A DNA stretch of 64,000 nucleotides from Octopus sinensis. Its lineage: Eukaryota. The position numbers and the translations under genes were made by a program. Below are positions 1-12,945 of the stretch, piece after piece (the stretch's first letter is position 1; each line of letters begins with the position of its first letter). The DNA lies in the NCBI RefSeq assembly GCF_006345805.1, contig NW_021835479.1, positions 1 to 64,000 of the forward strand. The letters are read 5' to 3'. Below the pieces are notes generated by a model. It saw only the letters and a list, made by a program, of their open reading frames with translations. It did not search any database and was not told where the DNA came from.

Positions 1-190
1 CATATATGTTTTGTATGTATACGATATATGCTTATATTTATATATGCGCATGTATGTATTGCGAAAGAGGGGAGCGAAGTGAAGAATGAAATACACGTAC
101 ACACACACACGCGCACAGACAGAAACATAGATGCACACATATATATATACATATCTATACATACAAACATATATGCATCTATGTAGGTAT
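1..190 (+). repeat. Direct duplicate of about 1799-1995
   Basis: Both sites share tatatgttttgtatgtatacgatatatgcttata...gaaagaggggagcgaagtgaagaatga...catagatgcac. Confidence 0.85.
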
Positions 191-472
191 ATATTTCGTT
201 TCTAATGTCCAGCATCATTATTGTTTTCAGTCATTTGACTGCGGCCATGCTGGAGCACCGCCTTTTAGTCGAGCCATCGCTTGACAACCAATACTGGTGC
301 GTTTACGTCCCCGTAACTTTGCAGTTCTACCAAAGAGACCGATGGGATAAGTACTAGGCTTATAAAGAATAAGACCTCGGGTCGATTTGTTCGACTAAAA
401 GGCGGTGCTCCAGTATGGCCGCAGTCAAATGACTGAAGAAAATAATGTTGCTGGACATTAGAAACGACATAT
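191..472. repeat. Inverted duplication (82-bp arms at 191-272 and 391-472) around a family A SINE 3' half
   Basis: The reverse complement of the left arm matches the right arm with 5 mismatches in 82 nt. Each arm includes about 35 nt of non-SINE flank (taatg(a/t)tgctggacattagaaacg). Confidence 0.9.
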
Positions 473-814
473 TCAACTTGAAAAAGTTCGAGAAACCTAA
501 AGAATCTTTACCAAGGAAATCAGAAAACCTGTCCGTTTTTATGTCAAATTATATTACGAACAATTTTAAATTGCACCAAATCTCAATACTTTTTGCAGAG
601 TACGTATTATCTTTAACAAGAATAATATTGACAGTGACCTCGCAGTTTCAGCCTGCCAAACCACTATCGCAGACAGCTTAGATACATATATGCATACATA
701 TATTTCATACATGCATACTTATATGTATGTATGTATGTAATGTTATGTATGTATGTATGTATGTATGTATGTATATATTTATGTGTGTATATGTACCTTT
801 ATCTGTTACCTTCT

Positions 815-995
815 CTTTGCTTCACCCATTGGACTGTGGCCATGCTGGGACACCACCTTGAAGTATTTAGTCAAATATATCGACTTCAGTACTTAGTTTA
901 TGTCTGTTGGTACATTTTACCAAAGTGCCAACTAAGTGGGACAGAAACAAACTAACACCGCTTGTCAAGTTGTGGTGAGAGACTAACAAAAGCAC
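815..995 (-). mobile_element. Old family A SINE, 3' part
   Basis: cattggactgtggccatgctggg...caccgcttgtcaag, homologous to the better-preserved copies. Confidence 0.7.
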
Positions 996-1536
996 ACACA
1001 CACACACACTCACACACACACAATCATGTATACGAAGAAACAATGTTACACTGTAGCATACGAAAAATACGGACGTACAGTCGGTTTATAAATTAGCGTT
1101 CGTCAGAAATAAGCAGAAACGTACACAATCTCCCCCACCTCTCTCTCTCTTTCTCCTCTCTCTCTCTCTCCTCTATCTTCTCTATCTCTCTCTCCCGACA
1201 AATATAAATTTAAAAAAACACATACACACTGACAAGGCTGTAATACCCTGATTACAAAGCAGAAAGCCTTACATAAAAGAAAACAGAAAAAAAACATATA
1301 AATATATGAAGAACAAAGGCAATAGTAGGTGTGGAATAGAAAACATTTCTTCGCAGATTCCAAAGTTGCTTAAATTTAAGGGCGGACACTTTCCTTTTGA
1401 CATTATTTGGTCAATTTTGTATTAATTCTTCTGTTGATTATTTAGACATTCTATATAATCTTTGAAACGTTTGATACAATACTTGGTTGAAAATGTAAAC
1501 GTTATTTATATTATATAGGCTTTCCATTATAGCTGG

Positions 1537-1580
<44 letters not shown>

Positions 1581-1581
1581 G

Positions 1582-1618
<37 letters not shown>

Positions 1619-2371
1619 GTGTGTATGCTATTGGTCACTGAATGCTTCCCTTTTCTCTCTATGTTTGATTACATTCTGCTTTATATATAATATATATAAA
1701 TATGTTTATAGTTTTTATATATATATATATATATAATATATATATATTTATATATTATAGGTACATATATAAGTGCGTATATATTATTATATATACGTAT
1801 ATATGTTTTGTATGTATACGATATATGCTTATATTATATATGCGCATGTATGTATTGCGGAAAGAGGGGAGCGAAGTGAAGAATGATACACGTACACACA
1901 CACACGCACACAGACAGACACACATAGATGCACGCACATACATACACACACATATGTATACATATCTATACATACATATATGCATCGATGTATATATATA
2001 TATATATATATATACAAAGTGGAGTTGTTAGGGTACAATATATATATATATATATATATAATAATATATATATATATATAGTGTATGTATATATATATAT
2101 ACTATATATATAATGTATATATATGTGTATATATATGTATATATCATATAAGTTTAATTCTTCCAGCAATCAACGCAAACGTTGGCAGTGTTTATGAATC
2201 ACTTCAGTATTTACAAACCAACAAAATTCACATTTCTCATCAAACACACACACATATATATATATATATTAGCACACACACAGACACACTCACACACGCG
2301 TATATACACATACATGCATACGTACATTCATACACACACACACATATATATATATACGTATATATATACAC

Positions 2372-2414
<43 letters not shown>

Positions 2415-2639
2415 TACACACACATACATCTATAAATACACACACACACACGTATAAATATATAATTATACTTACAAGTGTGTATGTGACTATGTATGAC
2501 TTGATGAAGGCACATTCCCATAATTTAAGCAACAAATACAACTAGAACGCCATTAATACCACCACCACCACCAACACCACCACCAACACCAACAACAGCA
2601 ACAGCAACATCAACGATTATGCTACGACGACGACGACGA

Positions 2640-2860
2640 CATCTGCAAGCAAGTGCCCCATTTACAAGTTGTTTATTAAGTACAAGTGATAAACTCAATC
2701 TGACAGGTGCTGTTTATGCCACAGAAACATCTTTGGTAACCTTTAAAGTTTACAGAATCCAATTCTGTTATGCTACAAGCCGAGCATCTGCTTTGGTAAA
2801 TTTCTCTGTGACCATCCTTCAAGTTTACACAACCCTCCAAAGGAATAGTGCGAATTGAAT
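2640..2860 (-). pseudogene. Possible Tc1-like transposase N-terminal relic
   Basis: Frameshifted minus-strand reading EGCVNLKDGHR/EKFTKADARLV loosely resembles the Tc1 segment GSV..L.RSGRPRKLT.RD.R. Contains stops. Confidence 0.2.
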
Positions 2861-3339
2861 GTCTGCTATTGAAATTTTTTCTCTTTTCCCTTCTTATAGT
2901 TTACAGAAATAAGTCTAGGCTTGAGTGCAAGTTAAGAGCATTGCTACGCAATTACTGAATGCTGTTGATACGATTTAAAATTGATGTTTTCAATTAAAAG
3001 TCGTACACGCTACATTACACTGTACCAACATATATTGACCCTCCATCGCTTCAGCTTCCATCGCACCTTCACTCACTCACAAGCCGGCCAGACAGTTCCC
3101 TATAACTGCTTGGTCTATTTAATGTAGCGGCCAAATTCGCCAAATATCTCCAACACCACACACACACACACACACACACACAAAAGCGCGCGCGCACGCG
3201 TACACACACATGAAAACTTTTCCTCTTAGATCTTAGACTTCCTAAACCCTCTTATCCAGATACCATGGAACATAAATGAATGAATTCACAACTTACCCCT
3301 GAACGCGACGCCGACCGGTACGTTGCAAGGATCAGGGCC

Positions 3340-3452
3340 GGCAACATTTTATAGAAAGGATCAAGTCGATTTCATCGACCAGAACTCCACTGGTACTTTA
3401 CTTTAATGATCCCGAAACGAAAGGTGAAGTTGACCTCAACAGGTTTTGACCC
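3340..3452 (-). mobile_element. Old family B SINE fragment
   Basis: aagtcgatttcatcgacc...tggtactt...gatcccgaaacgaaaggtgaagttgacctc is the reverse complement of the B central domain. Confidence 0.65.
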
Positions 3453-4135
3453 AATTCCATTACAAAGGGACACAATAAGGCAAAGACTTCTTGAAACCTT
3501 AAAGCACAAATCCCGGCAATATTAACAAGGTACACGTATATATTCGAACGATACTCAGACATTGATTTTGGTATAGGTTCAAGAAAACTATATTCGTTGC
3601 TCAATTGAATGCCATCATATAGGACGTTGTGTGGCTATAGCGCCGCCCATGTTGCTGCGCACCATTCGAAGCAGAACCCCTATGTGAAGAAAGATATCTA
3701 CAATAGCACGGCTGCGGAGAAGCAGACGGATCAATCTGCCCCGAGTGACGCTTCTATGGGGCGTCGCTTAGAGGTTAGCTGCACATGCCTTGGCAAGCTT
3801 GCAGGGCCTGGTGAGCATGGTACGCATTCTAGCTACATCACTATACCTACATATGTGTCTGCTACTTTATGCCGCGGCAACCTCTAAGTGATAGTTCCTT
3901 CTTTATCCAACGAATAGTCGTAGTAGCTTTCCACAAAGTGTTAATGGTGCTACTATTCCAATTCTGTCATCCAAAAATGGGCTGCATTTAAACGTTGAAT
4001 TTACAAAAGAAACATATTTGAAACACCAAGTTTATAATTATTCTTTTCATTGACGTCCATATTTACCATACAGAAAAATATCCTTAACCTTCCTTTTCTT
4101 TCGGTGTTTAGGACTATTGCTCCTAAACACCCACC

Positions 4136-4191
<56 letters not shown>

Positions 4192-4220
4192 CGCTTGTAT
4201 ATATGCATATATACATATAT

Positions 4221-4650
4221 TCTTTTATTCTTTTACTTGTTTCAGTCATTTCACTGCGGCGTTGTTGGAGCACCGCCTTTTAGTCAAACAGATTGACCCC
4301 AGCACTTATTCTTTGTAATCCTAGTACTTATTCTATCGATCTCTTTTGCCGAACCGCTAGGTTACGGGGACGTAAACACACCAGCATCGGTTGTCAAGTG
4401 ATGGTGGGGGAGGTACAAACACAGACACACAATCATACACGCACACACTCATATACATATACATACACACACACACATATATATATATATATACACATAC
4501 GACAGGCTTCTTTCAGTTTCCGTCTAACAAATCCACTCACAAGTTTTGGTCGGCCCGGGGCTATAGTAGAAGACGCTTGCTGAAGGTGCCACGCAGTGGG
4601 ACTGAATCCGGAACCATGTGGTTGGTAAGCAAGCTACTTACCACACAGCC
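4221..4650 (-). mobile_element. Family A tRNA-derived SINE, near full length, internal (CA)n(TA)n
   Basis: Minus-strand head ggctgtgtggtaagtagcttgc...ggttccggattcagtccc (A and B boxes), an internal microsatellite, and a tail gcagtgaaatgactgaaacaagtaaaag. Confidence 0.9.
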
Positions 4651-4770
4651 GTGTGTACACACACGTACAAACACACACACACACACTCACACACACATAT
4701 ATATATAAATATATACTCTTTTGTGTGTACACATGCATATATACAAATATATATATATATATATATATAA

Positions 4771-4925
4771 ATTGATCAAAATAAAAATAAAAATAAAAAT
4801 AAAAATCAAAATAAAATTAAAATAAAAATAAAAATAAAAATAAAATAAAAATAAAAATTGATCAAAATAAAATAAAAATAAAAAAAAATAAAAATAAAAA
4901 TAAAATAAAAATAAAAATAAAAAAT
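4771..4925. repeat. (AAAAT)n-type microsatellite with an internal duplication
   Basis: Run of aaaat/aaaaat units; attgatcaaaat occurs twice, at about 4771 and 4857. Confidence 0.9.
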
Positions 4926-5414
4926 AATATATATATATATATAATATATATTATATATATATATATATATATATCTCCATACCTATATATATATTATACT
5001 ATATATATATAATGTATGTAAGTATGTATATGGGAAAGACTTTAATAGATAGGCACAGGACTAGATATACGTGACTGATGGATATTTTACGGTATCTGTA
5101 CTGTGGTTGCACTGCAGGAGATGAACATATATCTCCAAACTCTCCCAATAGGCGTTGGGGGTGAATCAAGTATTAGTGTTTTATAATAAGTAACAATATC
5201 TACTGCAAGTAGATAAAGTTAAAAACCATTCATAATACACTGATAACCAGATAAAAATACACTCACCACACACACAACACAAACACATAATATATAAGCA
5301 CATATGTAATAACATATATATGTCGTATGTATATAATATAAGTATTTATATATGAATATGCATATATGCGTGTATATGTATGTAGGGATAGCTAAATTGG
5401 CTAAATACAGACAT

Positions 5415-5461
<47 letters not shown>

Positions 5462-5687
5462 CATTCATATATATGCATATACATATATATATTTATATAC
5501 AATATATATATTTATATATATTGTGTATACAGGATATATATACATATATATATTTATATTTATATTCACACATACATACATACGTATTTTTATATGCCTC
5601 TATATTTGTATACACATACATTGGAATGATCTTTACTTGAGTCAGGACTTTCTACAATTATTTATCATGTAGGTAATCATGCCCACA

Positions 5688-5735
<48 letters not shown>

Positions 5736-5902
5736 GATGAGCGCGCGTGCATATGAATACGTATATGTGTGTGCGTAAATATATATGTGTGTGTCTGCAT
5801 TTTTGGGGTGCAAATGTGTGTACAAGTACATAAGTTTTATATATATATATATTATACATTTATACATACATACATACATACATACATACATACATACATA
5901 CA

Positions 5903-5934
<32 letters not shown>

Positions 5935-7302
5935 ATATATACAATCTAAAAATAGTCTCTGAAAGATTGATGTATTGTAATGTCAGGTTAAATTAAGAAG
6001 TATTTATTTTATTTTTATCTACGATTTAATGTAGCTTATACGCATTGTCTATATATCATATATTATTTACATAATTTAAAACATGTGTATATAATTGTGC
6101 ACAACAACAGCGATATACAAAATACGTGAAGAAGAAATGAGCGCCCGAAGTCTTATCTGTTGGTGTGACGTTTGAAAGTTTTTAATAGCATGCGTGTAAA
6201 CGTGCACACGTACTACCCACAACCCATATGTACATATACGATTGTATGTATGTTTGTCTATGCGAATATACATTATATACATACATACATACATACATAT
6301 ATATATATATGTATGTATATATATACATATATATATATATACACATATATATATATACATATATACATTCATATGTATATATACATATATTCAGTAAGTA
6401 TATATAGATATATATTAGTACGAATGTATATATGTATATATTGAGAAGTTATTGCGTTCATTTATAGATAAAAAAAAATGAGTATATGTTTAATCACTTT
6501 GGAAAATAAACTGCATGTATGTTTGTGCGTGTGTATATATATATGTAGGTATGAATGCATATTTATAAAATACATATATATTTATGTATGTACATGTGTA
6601 TATATGTATGTGTATGTACACTCACACTCACACACACACACACACACACACACACATTATTTATATATATGTTCCTAATGGTGCGTTCGTTGGCGTGTAG
6701 TCGTAGTAGTGGGACATGTTTTTCTGCATGCTCAACATGATCCCAATCTTATCATCCCATTTAGAACTTACTAGATATCAGTAGTTAAACAGCCATCAAA
6801 CACTTATGGCTTCCTTACACCATTTCTTTATCTATTTATTGTTTAAGTTATTTTGCCTTTTTATTCCACTTATCTTCTATTCCTAATTTTCTCATCTAAG
6901 CTGCAAGTTTCCTGGCAAAGTAAAGTTGTGATTGGTTACCTCTCCAGCCAGGAATAAGTTTATAAGTTACCCCTCCACACCCATTTGCTAAACACCTGCT
7001 GTTTGTGATCGTGTAATGATTAACTTAACGGAATATCTCTGTTCTTTCCATAGTTATTTTTATAGAGAAGAAGAAAACAAAGCAAAAATCGTGGATCCGA
7101 GGGAAACAGCAAAAATCTGTGTTGGCAGAAACCAGTTAACAGAACGAGTGAATATTCGTGCATCAGAAGCCAATATAGGAGTCATCTAAAATACACGGGA
7201 GACCTGCTCTGGAGTTGCTTTACCTACCTACATACTTACCTATCTACCTGCCTGCCTACCTACCTACCTACCTACCTACCTACTTACATACATACATACA
7301 TA

Positions 7303-7608
7303 GTTGTTTGTTCCTTCTCGAGCCACGCCTGGCTCATAGGACCGGTTTCCCGGTTTCCTTGGCGTATAGATTCCCCACCTGGATGGGACGCCGGTCCGTC
7401 GCAGGTGAGCTGCAAGATGCAGAAGGAAAGAGTGAGAGAAAGTTGTGGTGAAAGAGTCAGCAGAAGTTCGCCATTACCTTCTACCGGAGCCTCGTGGAGC
7501 TTAGGTATTTCGCTCATAAACTTACACATCACCCGGTCTGAGATTCGAACCCGTGATCTCTCGACCGCGAGTCGGCTGCTCTAAGCACTAGGCCATGTGC
7601 CTCCACAC
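7303..7608 (-). mobile_element. Family D tRNA-derived SINE with V-domain-like core, inserted in (CATA)n
   Basis: Head ggcctagtgcttagagcagccgactcgcggtcgagagatcacgggttcgaatctc; core cctgcgacggaccggcgtcccatccagg; (AAC)-type tail. Confidence 0.88.
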
Positions 7609-8796
7609 ATACATAAATACATACATATATACTTACATACATACACACACACATAACTATTTAGCGGCTGTCAGCTTGTAGACGAGTTTGACCAACACTT
7701 AAATTATTTCATCCTAGATGTTAAAAGAATGTTAAAAAGAATCAGCCAGGTCCGTGCTGATGTTTAAATGCCGCTACGCGTCCACCTACAAAGCCGAGTA
7801 GTAAAGAAACAAGACCAAGATCCTCGGGTTCGCAATGAGACGGATGTTATTCCGGAATTTCCTTTTCCGACGTAGATATTACAACAAGACTTACGAGTCT
7901 CTCACACCCAACAGTTGGATGACCGTTGATTTAACCGAGTTCATCCGTCCTTTGACAGGCTGCTCTTTCTTATGTTGCATACGTACATACCAACATACAA
8001 ACATGTATGTATGCGTGTACGACAATACTTCCTTTACTGATGAGCTGGAGCTAGCAATTGAAACACACGTCGGTAGTAAACTGATATTTAACTTAATATC
8101 AGACTTTGTACTTCCTACTATGTTTTGTCTATATATATATGTCATTGTACACACATTAGATTACAGTATAGTTATGAATATATGTGGGTATATGTGTTTG
8201 TGCAAATATATACGCACAAATACATACACACATACATATAAGAATGTATAGATACACGCGCGCAACCACACTATACATCACTGACTTCATGTTTCTACGT
8301 CGTGGCAGGATTTCATATTATCACCACCACCACCAGCACCACCACCACCACCTCATTGTTGTTTCATTGCCTCAAGCTCGTTTCTTTATTTATCTTCCCA
8401 ACATATTTGAACATTCTACGAAACACGGCATGTCTTTCATTTTGTTTTTCTCTCTCCACATGGAAGATGGCGTCTTCAACAGAGCAATTTTTGTGAAACA
8501 TCAGCAATTTCATAGAGAGTAACGTATACTAAACATTGCTGATATCACCAACAACACTACAACGACGACTTCCACAACTAACACCACCAACGTCAACACC
8601 AACACCAACACATTTAACTCCCTCTCCCACCACCACCACCACCAACAACAACAACTACAACAACAACAATAGAAATTACAATCACAGCAGTAACACCAAC
8701 TATAACAACCACTTACGATATTTGAGTGTTAAGGTTGACCAGTGCAATGCCGTGTCTATTTTGCCAGAACACTATAAGCAGATGGCGTAACTTAGT

Positions 8797-8797
8797 A

Positions 8798-8869
<72 letters not shown>

Positions 8870-8903
8870 TAATAATAATATAATAATAATAATAATATAA
8901 TAG
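8797..8903. repeat. (TAA)n microsatellite
   Basis: About 35 TAA units. Confidence 0.95.
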
Positions 8904-9119
8904 TGATGTGAACCGGGGTCTGTGATTCAGTGCTTTCCTGTTAGTCGTTGCACCTCTACATTAATGTTTTCGTATAAACAAACAAAGTCGTTAGTTTGCA
9001 CGAGTGATGAGGATAAAGAAACAAACAAGTCTTATGCAGCAATTACCTCGAAGAAGTGCATACATCTGCAACTAATAAGGCCACCTTAAATATTTCAGGA
9101 GTAACAACAAGAACAACAG

Positions 9120-9200
9120 CAATAACGACGACGACTAATAATAATAATAATAATAATAATGATAATAATAATAATAATATAATAATAATAATAATAATAA

Positions 9201-9255
<55 letters not shown>

Positions 9256-9400
9256 CGTTAACAATAACATCGGTGGCAAGAACGGTAAGATCAACGCACA
9301 GAAAGAAAGCAGTAACAACAACCACAACGGTAACCACTACAACAGAAAGAATAGGAATCACATTACTGAGGAGGAGGAGGAGGAGGAGGAGGAGGAGGAG
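9120..9400. repeat. Compound (TAA)n/(AAC)n/(GAG)n microsatellite block
   Basis: Explains the poly-N, poly-I and poly-E ORFs at 9043-9484. Confidence 0.9.
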
Positions 9401-9494
9401 AAGGAGCAAAATGCCAGTAAGACGAAACACGCCACCGTAGTGAGAATAACAGCCACAGCAACGATAACAATCGTAAGAGAGTAATTACGGTTTC

Positions 9495-9692
9495 AACTTT
9501 TGGTACAAGTCTAGCAGTTCTGAGGGTAGGGATCTAATCGATTATATCAGTCACTGTGCTCAATTGGTACTTATTTCACCGAACTCGAAAAGCAAATCCC
9601 GGTGGGATTTGAACTCAGAACGTGAAAAGCTGAAAGAAATGCCGATAAGTAGTTTGTCCAGCGCGTTAACGATTCTGCTAGCATGTCGCCCT
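9495..9692 (-). mobile_element. Old family B SINE
   Basis: gatttgaactcagaacgt...gcgttaacgattctgctagc...tcgcc is the reverse complement of the B head. Confidence 0.8.
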
Positions 9693-10475
9693 GGTAGCAA
9701 GAGTTCGTTACATAGGTATAAGGCAAGCAACTTTTAAGGGGAGGGTAAGTCAATGACATTGATCCTAGTGCTCAACTAATTGTATTAATCTTGAAAGGAT
9801 GTATAAAAACTTAATACTTTATACATATCACCGTCAAAAACTATGGCTGCCATGCGTTTATATGCCTGAACACTTATAGACTTTGCTATGATGTAAATCA
9901 ATATTTTTCATTTTTCATTTTATATGTATTTGCCGATTTATAATGTTTTGTATTGTACTGTATTATTATTATTGTTGTTGTTGCTATCATATTGCTTTTC
10001 CAATATATTATATTATGATATCGATGTATTCTACCTGATTTTTTTCCACATAATATGTACTGTGAACTGCGTGATACATATATTGTTTTGCTGGTATTAT
10101 TGTTATTAATAATAATAATAATAATAATAATAGTAGCAATGGTGGTAATGGTAATAATAATGATGGTAACATTAATGGCATTTTGTAACTTGATATAATG
10201 AACTCTTGACTTTGTATATGTGCATTTGAATATAGATATGTGTATGTTTGCATATTGTAATATTCTAATATATTGTTTTGACAAACTGTAACCTTGAATA
10301 TAGAACATATGTATGTATATTGTTGTATATTATTATGTATATGTGTATGTATAAATAGGAGTATGGGTATATGCACTCATATGTATGTGTATATTATATA
10401 TTATGGGTATGTACCCACTCTTGTATGGGAGCACCTCCTTTGATATTCATATTTAGTTTTGTTTGTAATTTATAA

Positions 10476-10600
10476 TCTCTGAAGAGGCCTTGGGATATTT
10501 TTGTAAGTGTCTCATTTATAACCACATATTAACTTATCACACCGGGCTAATATGAGCATAATGAGATACCCATATCTGCATGGCTGAAACAACTGTAAGA
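10476..10600 (+). ncRNA. Type I hammerhead ribozyme motif with long stem II, in a non-coding PLE-like element (about 10400-10810)
   Basis: TCT-CTGAAGA-GGCC-[92 nt]-GGCT-GAAAC-AACT-GTA-AGA. A paralog lies at 32867-32992. Confidence 0.7.
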
Positions 10601-10806
10601 TGTAGTTTATATTTATATTTATTTATATTCACTTATACGTATTGTACTTATTGTATCATATTACTCATTGATGTGCATCGTTTTGTTCTATATTATTATG
10701 TTTGACGTTGATGTTTATATGTAGTGGGTTAATAAATTATGTGATTGGGTATTATCTGGTAGTTGATTATTAATTAAGGTGTATTTCTCCATTCTCTTAT
10801 TTTATA

Positions 10807-10849
<43 letters not shown>

Positions 10850-10856
<7 letters not shown>

Positions 10857-11776
10857 AATTAATAAATAATAAAACATATGCATATATACATACATATATG
10901 TACGTACCTACCTCTACATGTATATATATACATGCATATATAGGTACATACAGCACACAAAAAACGTCGAACACAATGAGAAACGAAAACATAACACAAA
11001 ACCAAGGAAATGGAGATTTTTTTCTTAACGAAAAAATAGAGTACAGGACATACAAAACAAGGAAAATTCCCTTCTTCAGTCGCCTTTGTTTCATCTACTC
11101 ACGTTTCGAAGGTCAAGGCGATACATGAATTTAATGAAACAATCCTTCCCGCGAAAATCAAATTAAATAAAATTTGAGATTTTTTGCGGAGGGGTAAAAA
11201 TGGTAACAAAAACAGGACAGTAACGACAGTACAAATTATAAACAGTAAAAGACAGGACAAGGAGAATAACAGTAACACAAACAAGAAGGGCTGTTAAGCC
11301 GAACGAGATAAAAAATTTTTACGAACGTTATTTTTTGAGAACGGCGAGGGAGCAACAGATGTGCCGTCTCTACTTGAAGGTAGCCAGGAGAAGAAAGAGA
11401 GTAGCAGAGTTCTCGTCGCGGGTCAACGACGGGAGGGAGGAGGAGGAGTAAGAGAAAGGGAGAGAAAAAAGGGAATGGTTGTAGAGAAAAGAATGAAGAA
11501 TGAGAAAGAGAGAGGGAAAGACAGTAAGGTAGAAGAAAAGGAAAGCCAAAAGAATGAAGGCTGAGAAAGGGAGGGGGAGAGAAAGGTTAAGAGTGCGCAT
11601 CATTATTATTATTAAGAACAATCTTACTTAGAAATGGATGCGTTCGTTCCCTTATATAATAAATTAATAAATAAATAAAACATATGCATATATACATACA
11701 TATATGTACGTACCTACCTCGACATGTATATATACATGCATATATGGGTACAGGACACCAAAAAAACGTCGAACAT
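10850..11776 (-). mobile_element. Non-coding element with 123-bp direct terminal repeats, flanked by (TA)n; PLE pseudo-LTR-like
   Basis: 10850-10973 matches 11654-11776. A relative lies at 58985-59300. Contains GAAACGT and CTGAAGAAGG motifs. Confidence 0.6.
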
Positions 11777-12058
11777 ATATATATATATATACATTTATAG
11801 TTTACTTCTTGTGCCTTCTTATCTAGATGTATTATTCATCGTAGGTATGTGTGTCTATATCTGTGTGTACGCACGCGCGCACGCTTCTACATCTAATGTC
11901 ACAGGTGCTATAAGTTAAAAAACCCCACTAATATTCTGGCAGTTTATGTCTTCTGACGAGTAAATTTCGGTCATAAAAAGAACAGAAATCATGTTTTACT
12001 GCCCAGGCGAAAACTCAGTAGTAGTTGAAAAATGTGCCCAGAGACAAATACATTTAGG

Positions 12059-12110
<52 letters not shown>

Positions 12111-12478
12111 CAAACACGTACATATACATCGAATGTATTACGCCACCAATAAACAAAAGCGTAGCCGTAACTAATAAAACTCAACTAAAATATTACGTCA
12201 AAGTTTTAACTGTTACATAAAAATTATTCATTATATGTTTAATTATAGTAGATACTTAAGTGGAGTTTTATATCTGAGACTAGCATATGTCTCGAATTAT
12301 AAAGCAATGCATTATGTAAGTGGTGTGTATGTGTGTGTGTGTGTGTGTATCAAAATAGATAAATAGATTGTGTATATATATATATACATATATATGTATT
12401 TAAAGATAGATAAATAGGTAGATATACGCATACATGCATACATACATACACATACATATATGCACACATACACACAGC

Positions 12479-12518
<40 letters not shown>

Positions 12519-12788
12519 AATGTATTTATTATATAAATGCCTGTATAAATATATACATGCATACACACACAAGCACCAGGAAACAAAGAAACACACACGT
12601 ATACAGAAGGGATGGACGAAAAGAGGGACACCTGTTGCGGAATCCAAGACGATATTTGATGAGATATTACACAGTGAAGAGCATAGCTAATGGCGACTTG
12701 AATATACATCTCTAATCATTCGAGGATTTGGTCATCATCATCATAATAATAATAATAATAATAATAATAATATAATATAATAATAATG

Positions 12789-12898
<110 letters not shown>

Positions 12899-12900
12899 TA

Positions 12901-12944
<44 letters not shown>

Positions 12945-12945
12945 T

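Noticed and set aside
1085-1360. Minus-strand CTGACGAA and CTGCGAAGA motifs
   Set aside because: No complete hammerhead fold could be built.
4293-4708. Recurrent ORFs such as PSTYSIDLFCRTARLRGRKHTSIGCQ and ASFSFRLPNPLTRLWSARG at several sites
   Set aside because: They are readings of family A SINE sequence, not a gene family.
7540-7608. tRNA-like sequences at SINE heads (also 15900-15968, 20990-21055, 40179-40240)
   Set aside because: A and B boxes are present, but there is no complete acceptor stem and they continue into SINE bodies, so they are not tRNA genes.
9056-9484. 142-aa Asn/Glu-rich ORF
   Set aside because: It is built from TAA, AAC and GAG repeats, with no domain or splice support.
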